IMG/VR virus record: IMGVR_UViG_3300033075_001233
Location: 1-64,000 of that record
Length of the DNA: 64,000 nucleotides
Source of the DNA: a virus
Taxonomy: Duplodnaviria > Heunggongvirae > Uroviricota > Caudoviricetes
Direction: 5' to 3' (one strand)
Part shown: in pieces, positions 1 to 9,014 of the stretch
Numbering within the stretch: position 1 is the first letter of the stretch
How the letters are laid out: every line of letters starts with the position of its first letter
Made by a program: the position numbers and the translations under genes
The notes under the pieces: generated by a model
Told to the model about the DNA's origin: nothing
Seen by the model: the letters and a program-made list of their open reading frames with translations, nothing else
Databases searched by the model: none

Positions 1-365
1 TCCCTTAAAATCTTCCCTTGTTCAAACCTTGTAGACTTCCACTGATGCGCATTTACAAACCCCATCACTTCGTCAAGCTCTTCACCTAAAAGAACTATAT
101 ACTCATTTAGTGCGCCCAGCAAATTATTAGCCATCTCACGCTCTTTGGCTACCTCCTGTTTATAAAACTCCGCTGCTTTCTCATTAAGCATTTCAACCAT
201 TCTGGAATAACTAATTTCTTCCTTATCCCATAGATCGGTTATCTCCCGTACATTGGCTACTATGAAAGCCTTAGTCATGCTCTGTTGTGTACCGTGGTTT
301 ACCTCCCGTCCACCTACTCCATCTGATTTGTCACGGCCATTGTTGAAGCCGTTATATTTTTTATC
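1..365 (-). CDS. hypothetical early protein, partial; start ATG at 365 and the ORF runs off the left edge of the window
   Basis: Read by eye on the minus strand: MDKKYNGFNNGRDKSDGVGG... with no stop before the window edge. It lies in the same orientation as the neighbouring minus-strand genes and is absent from the ORF track, presumably because it is truncated. Confidence 0.45.
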
Positions 366-481
366 CATTGTTCCCGTATTTTTCGGTGAGAAATATTGTT
401 AATTATTTTTTCGTCCCGCTGTGAAACCGATTGTAAAACCAAGTACCAACCCGCCAACCCATATTGATATATACACTGCTA

Positions 482-727
482 TCATTTCCCGTATTTTTCG
501 GTTAGGAATATTGTTAAAAGTTCTTCGGTGGTATAAGTTTTAGTATCATCACCGTACATGAAATACCATCCGTCCGATCCTTGATTGTAATTAAATCCTA
601 TCCAATCGGAAAAATCCTTCGCAATCTCAAGACCTTTGGTGAGGCCGTCACCATATATCTCTTTATCGAAGAACCCATACCCTTTCAATTCTTCACTCTC
701 CTTCTTTACAAAATCCTGTTGTGTCAT
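482..727 (-). CDS. hypothetical protein, 81 aa
   Basis: ORF in the track, in the minus-strand gene array. Its last 10 codons (LTIFLTEKYG) are duplicated in the downstream intergenic region at 368-400. Confidence 0.45.
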   Translation of the reverse strand: MTQQDFVKKESEELKGYGFFDKEIYGDGLTKGLEIAKDFSDWIGFNYNQGSDGWYFMYGDDTKTYTTEELLTIFLTEKYGK

Positions 728-911
728 TTTCTTTCAGTTTAATTGTTATCGTTTCTTGTTTTAGCGGGCAGGATGGGTGTAATTCTTTAATGATTATGTA
801 GTAGTGAACAGATTTTTTACCAAGTGGGATACATTGGTTGAAAACAGTTTTTAACGGGCAATCATGGCATCCGGTTACTTCTATTGTCATGGTGTTATAT
901 TTTACTTGCAA
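693..911 (-). CDS. small Cys-rich protein, 72 aa, possible zinc-binding
   Basis: Contains CHDCP...C...C...CP spacing consistent with a zinc finger or ribbon. It lies immediately downstream of, and overlaps, the RHH gene. Confidence 0.4.
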   Translation of the reverse strand: MQVKYNTMTIEVTGCHDCPLKTVFNQCIPLGKKSVHYYIIIKELHPSCPLKQETITIKLKENDTTGFCKEGE

Positions 912-1107
912 TTCGTTTTATTCTTTCCTCTTTTTCTGCGAATGCTTTTTCTTCAGCAGTTAATTTGGGGTCATTTTCTGATATATACCCCTCAAGTACA
1001 TTTATAATAAAATTACTAAGTGTTCTTTTTTCTGATTCGGCTATAAGTTGTAACCTATTTTTAAGATTTGGTGAAACTCTAAAAAATATTGTTTCAGTTT
1101 TATTCAT
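895..1107 (-). CDS. ribbon-helix-helix (CopG/Arc/MetJ-like) DNA-binding protein
   Basis: N-terminus IFFRVSPNLKNRLQLIAESEKRTLSNFIINVL matches the RHH beta-strand plus helix pattern of Arc/CopG repressors and antitoxins. Confidence 0.55.
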   Translation of the reverse strand: MNKTETIFFRVSPNLKNRLQLIAESEKRTLSNFIINVLEGYISENDPKLTAEEKAFAEKEERIKRIASKI

Positions 1108-1123
1108 AAAGCCTCCTTTTGTT

Positions 1124-1411
1124 TTAACAGTATTGGTAAAGGTTTAGTTTTTGGCAAATTGCGTTTACTTCCGGCTTATACTTGAATTGGTAAAGTTCTC
1201 CATCCTGCTTTGTAACGGAATCAATGTACTTTTCTCCTTTTAAAATCTTCCAACCATTAGCCTTTAATTTTGCTATTGTCCTAAGCTCGCCAAAAGTAAG
1301 TTCACCGCAGGTTCTAATATCAGAAAGGCACTCTCTTAACCAAACCCCTGCGCTGTCCTCATGGTCTTTTCTTGCAGTCCTTTCAACTGATGAAATAGTT
1401 TCTACCATCAC
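1124..1411 (-). CDS. hypothetical protein, 95 aa
   Basis: ORF preceded by an AAAGGAGGGG Shine-Dalgarno-like sequence and by the 21-nt repeat TAACCGGCTACGGCCACAAAA (minus-strand reading). Confidence 0.45.
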   Translation of the reverse strand: MMVETISSVERTARKDHEDSAGVWLRECLSDIRTCGELTFGELRTIAKLKANGWKILKGEKYIDSVTKQDGELYQFKYKPEVNAICQKLNLYQYC

Positions 1412-1421
1412 CCCTCCTTTT

Positions 1422-1442
1422 GTTTTGTGGCCGTAGCCGGTT
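1422..1442. repeat. 21-nt direct repeat copy A, TTTTGTGGCCGTAGCCGGTTA on the plus strand
   Basis: Perfect 21/21 identity with 1604-1624. It is a GC-rich island in AT-rich DNA, positioned about 10-30 nt upstream of the start codon of minus-strand gene 1124-1411. Confidence 0.6.
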
Positions 1443-1444
1443 AA

Positions 1445-1594
1445 TTAAATTCCAAAAGCGATAAACGTAAGCCCTAATCCTACTAGGATTCCAGAAGTAA
1501 AAAGTGAAAGTCTAAACCATATTGTATTTTCACTTTTACTTTTACTTACGATTAGATAAATTATGTTACCTGTAATAACAAAAAAAATGCCCAT
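1445..1594 (-). CDS. small hydrophobic protein, 49 aa, two predicted TM segments
   Basis: Hand translation: MGIFFVITGNIIYLIVSKSKSENTIWFRLSLFTSGILVGLGLTFIAFGI. It is below the 60-aa cutoff of the track and is flanked on both sides by the 21-nt repeat. Confidence 0.35.
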   Translation of the reverse strand: MGIFFVITGNIIYLIVSKSKSENTIWFRLSLFTSGILVGLGLTFIAFGI

Positions 1595-1603
1595 ATTATT
1601 TAT

Positions 1604-1624
1604 TTTTGTGGCCGTAGCCGGTTA
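1604..1624. repeat. 21-nt direct repeat copy B, TTTTGTGGCCGTAGCCGGTTA
   Basis: Identical to 1422-1442. It sits about 10 nt upstream of the ATG of the 49-aa small ORF on the minus strand. Confidence 0.6.
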
Positions 1625-1673
1625 TTTGTTTATTATGTTATAGATTATCAGTAATACATCGGTTAAAATATAG

Positions 1674-1904
1674 TTACTGAATATTATGTTCCATATATGT
1701 ACATTGAGAAGCAATGTGTTCAATACATGGAAATGTTAAAATTTCACAATCATTTTTAGGTAATTGTAATACAAATCCTATTATATCATCAGCAATTTGT
1801 TCAGCAATAAATTCTGATATATATGTAGGATGACCTTGCTTTTTGCTGTCATAGAGTACAGATTTATCATCTTTATTGATGATTTGAAAATAATAATGTT
1901 TCAT
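1674..1904 (-). CDS. hypothetical protein, 76 aa
   Basis: ORF in the minus-strand array. Confidence 0.4.
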   Translation of the reverse strand: MKHYYFQIINKDDKSVLYDSKKQGHPTYISEFIAEQIADDIIGFVLQLPKNDCEILTFPCIEHIASQCTYMEHNIQ

Positions 1905-1925
1905 AAATTGCTGATTTTTAATAAT

Positions 1926-2252
1926 TTAAACAGGTTTTGAGAAAAATTGAGGGATGTCTGTAACGATTGTTCTTTTTTTAGATTTGGAAGAATTTATTAT
2001 TATTGCATCTCCGTTATCTTCGTAATAGAACAAATCATAAGCATCTACACCATATCCACCTATTCTATAAGAATAATTATTACCAGTTAAGTTTTTACCA
2101 TTTTTATCAAACCAACTAACAACAACCCATCCTCTCGATGATAAATCTCTTTGAATAATACCATATATAGAACCTTTGTCCTGATCTCCCCATTCCCAAT
2201 CTCTACCTCTTACCACTTTTAATCCTTCAATGAACTCAGTGACTATTTTCAT
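1926..2252 (-). CDS. MIB/HERC2-like domain protein, 108 aa
   Basis: LKVVRGRDWEWGDQDKGSIYGIIQRDLSSRGWVVVSWFDKNGKNLTGNNYSYRIGGYGVDAYDL matches the MIB/HERC2 consensus (G.RVVRG.DW.W..QDGG.G..G.V ... W.NG....YR.G..G..DL). Confidence 0.6.
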   Translation of the reverse strand: MKIVTEFIEGLKVVRGRDWEWGDQDKGSIYGIIQRDLSSRGWVVVSWFDKNGKNLTGNNYSYRIGGYGVDAYDLFYYEDNGDAIIINSSKSKKRTIVTDIPQFFSKPV

Positions 2253-2258
2253 AATAAA

Positions 2259-2582
2259 TTAATTTAAGAAATCAATATCAACAGGTTGTTCAATTTTATC
2301 AATTAAATAACCTGAAGGATATTCAAATTCTGTTTTGGAAAATAATTTTTCATCTGCCTCTGTATATTTATTCTCTTTGATAGATAAACGTAAAGTTTCA
2401 GCTTGCCATTTTGTAGCTAATGTCCATGATTTTTGAGGTATAGTTCCCCCATTAGCATAAAAAACTTTTCCATTAAAATATTTATCGCAACTATGCATAT
2501 TACTAACTCTTGCTATATAATTATCGGCATAATTAACAATATCACCATCTTTAACATTTTCTCCGTAAATTAACTTTTCCAT
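2259..2582 (-). CDS. hypothetical protein, 107 aa
   Basis: ORF 6 nt upstream of the MIB/HERC2 gene on the same strand, so probably co-transcribed. Confidence 0.45.
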   Translation of the reverse strand: MEKLIYGENVKDGDIVNYADNYIARVSNMHSCDKYFNGKVFYANGGTIPQKSWTLATKWQAETLRLSIKENKYTEADEKLFSKTEFEYPSGYLIDKIEQPVDIDFLN

Positions 2583-2733
2583 AATTTAATTTTTTAAAAG
2601 ATTTAAAAAAGCTCTTATAGACATAAAAGCTGTCCTGCATTACCTAATAACCGGACTAATAACCAAAGGCCAAATGTATTTTGTTTAGTTATTAATAAAT
2701 ATTAAAAATCTGGCAGGTAGATTTTCAAAGTTT

Positions 2734-3477
2734 TTATTCTGGATAATTTTCCTCAAACCATTCTTTCAAATTAAATTCTCTTTCTTCAGCTATTGCTAAT
2801 GTTCTATCATTATATGATTTTGCAAGAGCTGCTTTTAATTCAGCTCTCGTATACATTCTCTCTTTTACAGGATGTACAACTACTGAACCATTTGGTTTGA
2901 TTTTTAAAAATTCTACCTGATATTTTTCAGTGTGATTACGGGTATTTGTTATACTGCCTACTTCAAGCAACACTTTAGTAATAGGATTACATTCATTATA
3001 AGCTTTTATATAAGCTTCAATAAAGGGAATATCTATTTTAGGAATACTCAAATCAATAAAATTGAAATCATGTACTGAACCTTGTATTTTACCTTTTTCT
3101 TTTTTAATCCATAAATCAGGATTAGTAGTAGCTACTATTTTCCTAACATTACTTCTATGCCAACCTCTTTCTCCTGCTTGTCCCTTTTTAGTAAATACCT
3201 CATTATGAGCATTTACTCCAGCACATTTCATTATAACACCTTGAGACTCAGTATTTTTATTAGTAGAGATAAAGAAATCACCTTCTTTTATTTCTTCATC
3301 TGTAGTAAAATACAAATGTTGAGGTTGATGACCCATTTGCAATCCTCTTCTAAATTCACCACCTGCTACATGGCTATAAAGCTTATTCTTTTGAGGCAAT
3401 CTCATTATTGATACCTGCGTAGGATTATCATTATCTGTAGCCAACAGATGTACTTTAGCTTTAATTGTTGTTCTCAT
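2734..3477 (-). CDS. hypothetical protein, 247 aa
   Basis: Largest ORF in the early block. No recognisable motif. Confidence 0.5.
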   Translation of the reverse strand: MRTTIKAKVHLLATDNDNPTQVSIMRLPQKNKLYSHVAGGEFRRGLQMGHQPQHLYFTTDEEIKEGDFFISTNKNTESQGVIMKCAGVNAHNEVFTKKGQAGERGWHRSNVRKIVATTNPDLWIKKEKGKIQGSVHDFNFIDLSIPKIDIPFIEAYIKAYNECNPITKVLLEVGSITNTRNHTEKYQVEFLKIKPNGSVVVHPVKERMYTRAELKAALAKSYNDRTLAIAEEREFNLKEWFEENYPE

Positions 3478-4044
3478 AACTAATTAATAGTTTTAGTGAG
3501 TGAATAAATAATTTTAAAAAAGGCTCCTAGGATAGAAATCCGGAGCCGTTGAATTTAACCAATTCATTTCGCTTATTGTTTAGCACCCATCTATATTACA
3601 GCTTGCCGTTTTAATCGAACGGTGCTATGACAATAGATTAGGGTCACGTAGTTATTACCGATGCTGTGTCATAACGGCTTTACCAGCATCCCGTTTACCT
3701 AATGCAGCAATCCGTTTACTCTGCATTCCTGATAGAGCATCTTCACTCTTCCTCATAACTACTTGCTGAGAACTCATTCGTGTTGTTGGTCAGTTACTAT
3801 TACGAGTTCTGATTACAATTAATTCCTTATCCTGTCAATTCAGGATTGTCATCTTTATTTAAAGTCGTGTCAATGTTTAACGACTATTCTATTTTTACTG
3901 GTCATTCAGTTCTGTCTCTTTTTATAACAGAGGTTTGTCCGAAAGCATAAACTGATCTAAAATTTAAGCTTTACTCCGATTCTCTGTAACTGTATCATAC
4001 CAATAGACCCATAGATGGGTATAATTATCAGCTAATTTACTGAT

Positions 4045-4305
4045 TTACAATTTGTTATACTCTTCTATGGCTTTTGCCATATATTGTCCACGATATTTTA
4101 CAACATCGTTTTGTGTAACAACAAAGCTAGAATCAATCATACCTTCATTTAATTTTGAATGAATATATAATCGTTTTGTTGCTATATCTATACCAGACCC
4201 ACTAGCCAATATTGTTTTACCTTCAAAATCTTCAATATCTGAAGGATCAATTACATGTTTTTTAGCCATAAAAATATGATTTTCAAAATGATTAATCGTT
4301 GTCAT
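4045..4305 (-). CDS. hypothetical protein, 86 aa
   Basis: ORF in the minus-strand array. Confidence 0.4.
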   Translation of the reverse strand: MTTINHFENHIFMAKKHVIDPSDIEDFEGKTILASGSGIDIATKRLYIHSKLNEGMIDSSFVVTQNDVVKYRGQYMAKAIEEYNKL

Positions 4306-4445
4306 AGTTATCTACAAATTTATTGCACTGTTTTTGAGTTCCCTCATAAATAGGTTCCATTGTAGCAGATAAATCGAGATATTTAGGACTATTCTTGCTT
4401 ACTACTTCAAGCGCATAGCCTAAATTAAACACCACATACATAATT

Positions 4446-4826
4446 TTAGATTTTAGGATTATTTAATTCTATATACAGGATATTTATACGTTTTTGGATG
4501 TTTTTATGTAATTCTTCATATGAATTACATTCATATAATGGTTTGCACCAATAACCAGAATAACAAATAGTATTTATACATATAGGTACTGCATGTCGTT
4601 TTATCCATTTTTCATCTGCTATTGATTTATCATGATTCCAATAAGATAAATAACATACACCCCATTCAAAATTACTCTCTAAATATCCATTTTTAAAATC
4701 CATAAAATCTGTCTTATGCATTTCTGCACAAATTACAGATTCGTGAAAATCATTATAATCATCAATTAATTTACGTATTAATTGACGTTTTTGACGGCGT
4801 TTATAAAGAAATTTAAAATAATTCAT
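4446..4826 (-). CDS. hypothetical Trp/Cys-rich protein, 126 aa
   Basis: ORF rich in W, C and Y residues. No recognisable family. Confidence 0.4.
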   Translation of the reverse strand: MNYFKFLYKRRQKRQLIRKLIDDYNDFHESVICAEMHKTDFMDFKNGYLESNFEWGVCYLSYWNHDKSIADEKWIKRHAVPICINTICYSGYWCKPLYECNSYEELHKNIQKRINILYIELNNPKI

Positions 4827-4837
4827 AATTGTTATAA

Positions 4838-5167
4838 TTAATTGATAAACAATGGATTGTGATCAATTTGATGAAATGGTACATATTCATCCATTTCTTC
4901 ACATATTTCAAAATGTCTGATTTCCTCATAAGTGGGTATTGAATATTCTTCAAATCCATTATCCGGTGACATATCTCCTGTATTACTACGAAAATGATTA
5001 TAATCATCATGAATATTTAAAAATGATTCATGTCCTCTGTTATTACGTCTGAATATATAAATACCTTGATCAGGATAAGATGTTTTGTATATTTGATTGT
5101 TAAGTAATTCATCATAATTCATAATACATAATTTTAGAAAATATCTATTATACTCTATAATTTTCAA
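4838..5167 (-). CDS. hypothetical protein, 109 aa
   Basis: ORF 12 nt from the previous gene. The overlapping ORF 4813-5010 on the same strand was rejected. Confidence 0.4.
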   Translation of the reverse strand: MKIIEYNRYFLKLCIMNYDELLNNQIYKTSYPDQGIYIFRRNNRGHESFLNIHDDYNHFRSNTGDMSPDNGFEEYSIPTYEEIRHFEICEEMDEYVPFHQIDHNPLFIN

Positions 5168-5214
5168 AGATAGAATATAATAGATATTATTATTAATGCT
5201 CAGGGTTTAATAAT

Positions 5215-5493
5215 CTAATGATATGGAGCTGTATCTGTTGTGGATGTGAACTTTTCAGGACTCATTCCTATCAATTTACGATATTTCTCAATATCCTCAA
5301 GAGATAATAATCCTTTATGTACACATATACCATCAATAAATAAGGCTCTTCCCGGTCTGTAGAATACATTGTATCCTATGTGCGTGAGGAGATTATATTC
5401 ACTCACTCCGTTTGTTACGATTTCTCCGTTTGGATATACACCAACAGAACTGTAAATTTTAGGCATAATTTTAAGATTTTGACATTTGACCAA
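5215..5493 (-). CDS. hypothetical protein, 92 aa
   Basis: ORF in the minus-strand array. Confidence 0.4.
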   Translation of the reverse strand: MVKCQNLKIMPKIYSSVGVYPNGEIVTNGVSEYNLLTHIGYNVFYRPGRALFIDGICVHKGLLSLEDIEKYRKLIGMSPEKFTSTTDTAPYH

Positions 5494-5746
5494 ATAATAC
5501 TTTATTTAACATATCTTCTTTAGGTAAATTTGATATATCACCTATTAAACAGCAAGAAGGTATTAATCTTTCTTTACCATCTGAACATTCAAACAAAGCT
5601 ATTCCAGGATCATTAGTCCATTTTTTAAATTTAGCTGTATATTTAGCCATTCCTTTTTTAGGTTGAACATAAAAACCATTATATTTAAAATTTTCAACTT
5701 TATATTCCATAATTTTAAGATTTAGTTTTATAATGAGGACTATCAA
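5471..5746 (-). CDS. hypothetical protein, 91 aa
   Basis: ORF overlapping the start of the previous gene by 23 nt on the same strand. Confidence 0.4.
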   Translation of the reverse strand: MIVLIIKLNLKIMEYKVENFKYNGFYVQPKKGMAKYTAKFKKWTNDPGIALFECSDGKERLIPSCCLIGDISNLPKEDMLNKVLFGQMSKS

Positions 5747-6392
5747 CCCATCTAACTATATGATTATCAATATAGTTTTTGGCTTTATCAATAGCCTCTC
5801 CCTACCTTATTGGCTTATTTGTTCTTTTTAAAACTAGTGCATTTGTCATAACACACAAATGCTAAGAGGCAAATTCATCATTCCTTTGCAAGTTAGGTGT
5901 AGAGAGTTCCCACCACATTATGTTTATAACACTAAACATACAAATGTGCTTTTCTTATTTTTTGCACTAATACCTTGATTATTAATTACTGGGAGTATGC
6001 CCACACCTTACGTTACTCATACAGCTATTTTACCGTCATGATGTGTAATTTATAATCAAGGATATAAGCCCCAAAGAGAATAAAATAACCGTGTGATTGC
6101 ATCATCTTTCTCCGGAGTCCGATGACATTTTCTTAGTTTTTTATTTTCATCAGCTAAAAGCGCTAACTGGCTAAACTGCTGATATACCCCACTTTCGGTA
6201 ATTGTTATTTATTTTCTCTTTGTCACTGATTCTCACAGTGATGAAAAACAAGTAATTATAATAGAACCTCAACGCTAAGTGATTGATATCCCTTTTTTAA
6301 GGTGCGTCCACCCTATAATTACTTATTTTCAAATGAATTGTCAGTCATCGGTTATATACGTATTGCAATATTGTAATGCTATATATAGCAGC

Positions 6393-6614
6393 TTATTCAG
6401 GACGATCCATATCTGCCCACATTTTAATATCTGAATCACTGAAATATTTATCTTTTAAATTATTTAATTTTAATAAATAATGTTCAAATATTTTAAAAGA
6501 TATAAACATTGGAATTGCCACCCAAAGATGATTATCTATAAAAGGTATCCATAAAATGGATATTAAAAACCAAATATTAATAAAAACATTTAGTTTTTGA
6601 ACAGATGTGTACAT
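6393..6614 (-). CDS. small membrane protein, 73 aa
   Basis: Hydrophobic stretch WFLISILWIPFIDNHLWVAIPMFISF, consistent with one or two TM helices. Confidence 0.4.
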   Translation of the reverse strand: MYTSVQKLNVFINIWFLISILWIPFIDNHLWVAIPMFISFKIFEHYLLKLNNLKDKYFSDSDIKMWADMDRPE

Positions 6615-6626
6615 AATTTAATGTTT

Positions 6627-6863
6627 TTAATCTATCTCAGGAGCTTTTCTCCAATTAGATAGCAGTTCTGAAAGCTTGTTTGCTGTTTTTTCGTCCAATT
6701 GGATATAAGCATCCATACCAATTGTGAGTTGTAATGAAACACCTCTGTCAACACCTCCATAGAACACTGTAAGATCAAGGGTTTGATCTACATATTCTAC
6801 TTTAGAAGCTGTTTTTTTGATAATTTCTTTTTTACCTTTAAATGATCCAATATTTCTACTCAT
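6627..6863 (-). CDS. hypothetical protein, 78 aa
   Basis: ORF in the minus-strand array. Confidence 0.4.
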   Translation of the reverse strand: MSRNIGSFKGKKEIIKKTASKVEYVDQTLDLTVFYGGVDRGVSLQLTIGMDAYIQLDEKTANKLSELLSNWRKAPEID

Positions 6864-6872
6864 AATTGATAA

Positions 6873-7094
6873 TTATTTATAAATGAATGATTTAAATATA
6901 TTCACCTTTTGTAATACGTAAAAGGCTAATCCAGAATATATTATTAAAATACAAGTTCTTTTGCAAACATCACCATATGTTCTAACTAGCCAACCACTGA
7001 ATTGATGCCATATTTTATGACATTTATTAATTCTGGCTAATTCTTTAGTCATTGATATAGATAATCCATCAAATGATTTATGTAATTTTTTCAT
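6873..7094 (-). CDS. hypothetical protein, 73 aa
   Basis: ORF in the minus-strand array. Confidence 0.35.
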   Translation of the reverse strand: MKKLHKSFDGLSISMTKELARINKCHKIWHQFSGWLVRTYGDVCKRTCILIIYSGLAFYVLQKVNIFKSFIYK

Positions 7095-7235
7095 AAGTAA
7101 TTGATTTATAATATAATATAGAAAGAGTAATATATCTAAGAAAATGAATGTAATTGATGTAGACAGCGTACATCACTCTAGCTGCCGAGATTACAAACTA
7201 ACTTAGAAATATTACTCTTTTTATAAATTTTTAAT

Positions 7236-7670
7236 TTGTTTCGACCCTCCAAAAATATAATTGTTAATACAATATATGTTTCGTATTTTTACAGCATGAA
7301 TAAAATATCATCATCAAGACGTTGGCAATTGAAATATCCTGATAAATATCGGGCTCAAAGAAAAGTTCAAAATGCTATACAAACAGGAAAAATTATTAGA
7401 GGTAATTGTAAAGAATGCAATATACCAAATGCTCATGCACATCACGAAGATTATTCTAAACCAATGGAAATCATATGGTTATGTGCTAAGTGTCATTCTA
7501 AACTTCACAATGAAGATAGAAAGAAATACTATGAGATAAATAAAAATCCCTTAATTTCAAAAGCAATTGAACTTCGTAATGAAAATAAGAGTTATGGAGA
7601 AATATCTAAACTCCTAAATATATCACGTAGCCAAGTCTATAAATGGATAAATAACCCACCATATAAATAA
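7236..7670 (+). CDS. HNH homing endonuclease with C-terminal helix-turn-helix
   Basis: CKECNIPNAHAHHEDYSKPMEIIWLCAKCHSKLH is an HNH motif (Cys pairs around HH...N...H). C-terminal NISRSQVYKWINN is HTH-like. It is the only plus-strand gene inside the minus-strand block. Confidence 0.65.
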   Translation: MFRPSKNIIVNTIYVSYFYSMNKISSSRRWQLKYPDKYRAQRKVQNAIQTGKIIRGNCKECNIPNAHAHHEDYSKPMEIIWLCAKCHSKLHNEDRKKYYEINKNPLISKAIELRNENKSYGEISKLLNISRSQVYKWINNPPYK

Positions 7671-7682
7671 TTAGGTCAATAA

Positions 7683-7752
7683 TAAAGAGAGCAAGGCATT
7701 AGCATCTACAATTGTAGGTTTTTATTAAACTACTTGCTCTTTTTATTATCTT
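7683..7752 (+). terminator. long stem-loop terminator after the HNH gene
   Basis: AAAGAGAGCAAG ...(38 nt)... CTTGCTCTTTTT followed by TTATTATC. The 12-bp stem has one mismatch and is followed by a T-run. Confidence 0.5.
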
Positions 7753-9014
7753 TTCATCAGCATGAACAATAGTCCATGTACAAATTTAATGTTAAACATA
7801 TTGATTATTAATATGTTACAAAACTTTCCCATTGCATTACATATATTGTATGGTAGGTTAGTCTTTGAATTATATTATATTAATAATCAATATGTTAAAG
7901 GACAGATTAATTGGCTGATGGTGCAGGAGCCATATCAATAATGTTAAGGACTTTAACAATATTGACAAAACTAGGAGCATCATCAACTAATGTCCAAATT
8001 ACAGGAACGAATACAAGATTATTCATAAATGATTGATTATCAATTAAAAGAATGAATCAACATAATCCCATAATTCCTCAAATCCTTCTACAGAATAGTC
8101 TGATATTGACATATTTATTTAATATTTACAAATAAATAATAATTTAAAAGGTTATCTATCCTACCTAGATTATATTAGATGATTGATAATGAGAACATTA
8201 TCATCATTTCTCTAACTCTCTTGCAGCCATCTCACCCTTACGAAGGAGTAATATACATATAGGAACCGCCCATAAGTATATCAAGGTGTCTATAGGTTGA
8301 CACCAATGGTTCAGTAGATAGATATTGGCTGCTTTTACAAGTCTTACCCTTGTTACCACGAGATAAGCAGCAAAAACCGTGGATTTATGCCTAGCCTTCA
8401 GAGCTAAACATTGAAAAATTAAAGATTGTGTGTCATAGTTAATAGAGAAATAGTAGAAAGGCTTTCATCAGAGAGCAATATGTTACGTCATATTGTAACT
8501 ACTCACCTTTCGTAATTAGAAATCACACACATAATTATCTCTCTGTTTATGTGTGCAAGCTGAGGCCCGGACAAAGGCTTATATATATTAATATGTCTGC
8601 GTAATCAATATTAACATAATCCTATCTCAACTTTCTTAAATTTACAATTCAAAGCAACAGGCTCCAAAATGTAAATATTTTTATTTACTAAATATTTGTA
8701 CAACGTATACTAAAATCAGCACAAATGAACGATATACAAATAAACCGTATTGTATGCACTGTATTATATAGATCAATTGAAATAGACGAAATAATAATCG
8801 TATATCTAAAAACAATATAAGAATAATACAGAGAATATATACTAATTTCATATTGTTTATTTAAAGCTATACAATAATATAGATTTTTGAAGAATAATTT
8901 GTACATTTGTAAAAATATCCATTAATCCACACTTATTCCTACACCATCACATATTCAATTGATTATCAATCACTTATAACAAATGTGCAGATATTATTTA
9001 CAACAATGTTGCAA

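Noticed and set aside
884-1436. Plus-strand ORFs 884-1147 and 1224-1436 in the leftward block
   Set aside because: Antisense to the RHH gene and to gene 1124-1411, with low-complexity Ser/Leu/Phe-rich translations.
2642-2680. Partial match (TAACCGG...GGCCA) to the 21-nt repeat in the 2583-2733 intergenic region
   Set aside because: The spacing and the orientation differ from the two perfect copies, so the match is probably coincidental.
3478-4044. Possible tRNA or tmRNA genes in the ORF-free stretches (also 5747-6392 and 31560-31880)
   Set aside because: I scanned for T-arm-like GTTCRANTC and CCA features on both strands. I found only weak partial matches (for example CCGTTcgattaaAACGG at about 3608-3624, minus-strand reading) with no cloverleaf context. 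This needs tRNAscan-SE or Infernal before any call.
8688-8906. 72-aa minus-strand ORF in the AT-rich ORF-poor region
   Set aside because: Its I/Y/S-rich low-complexity translation is typical of random AT-rich sequence. There is no start context or neighbouring coupling.
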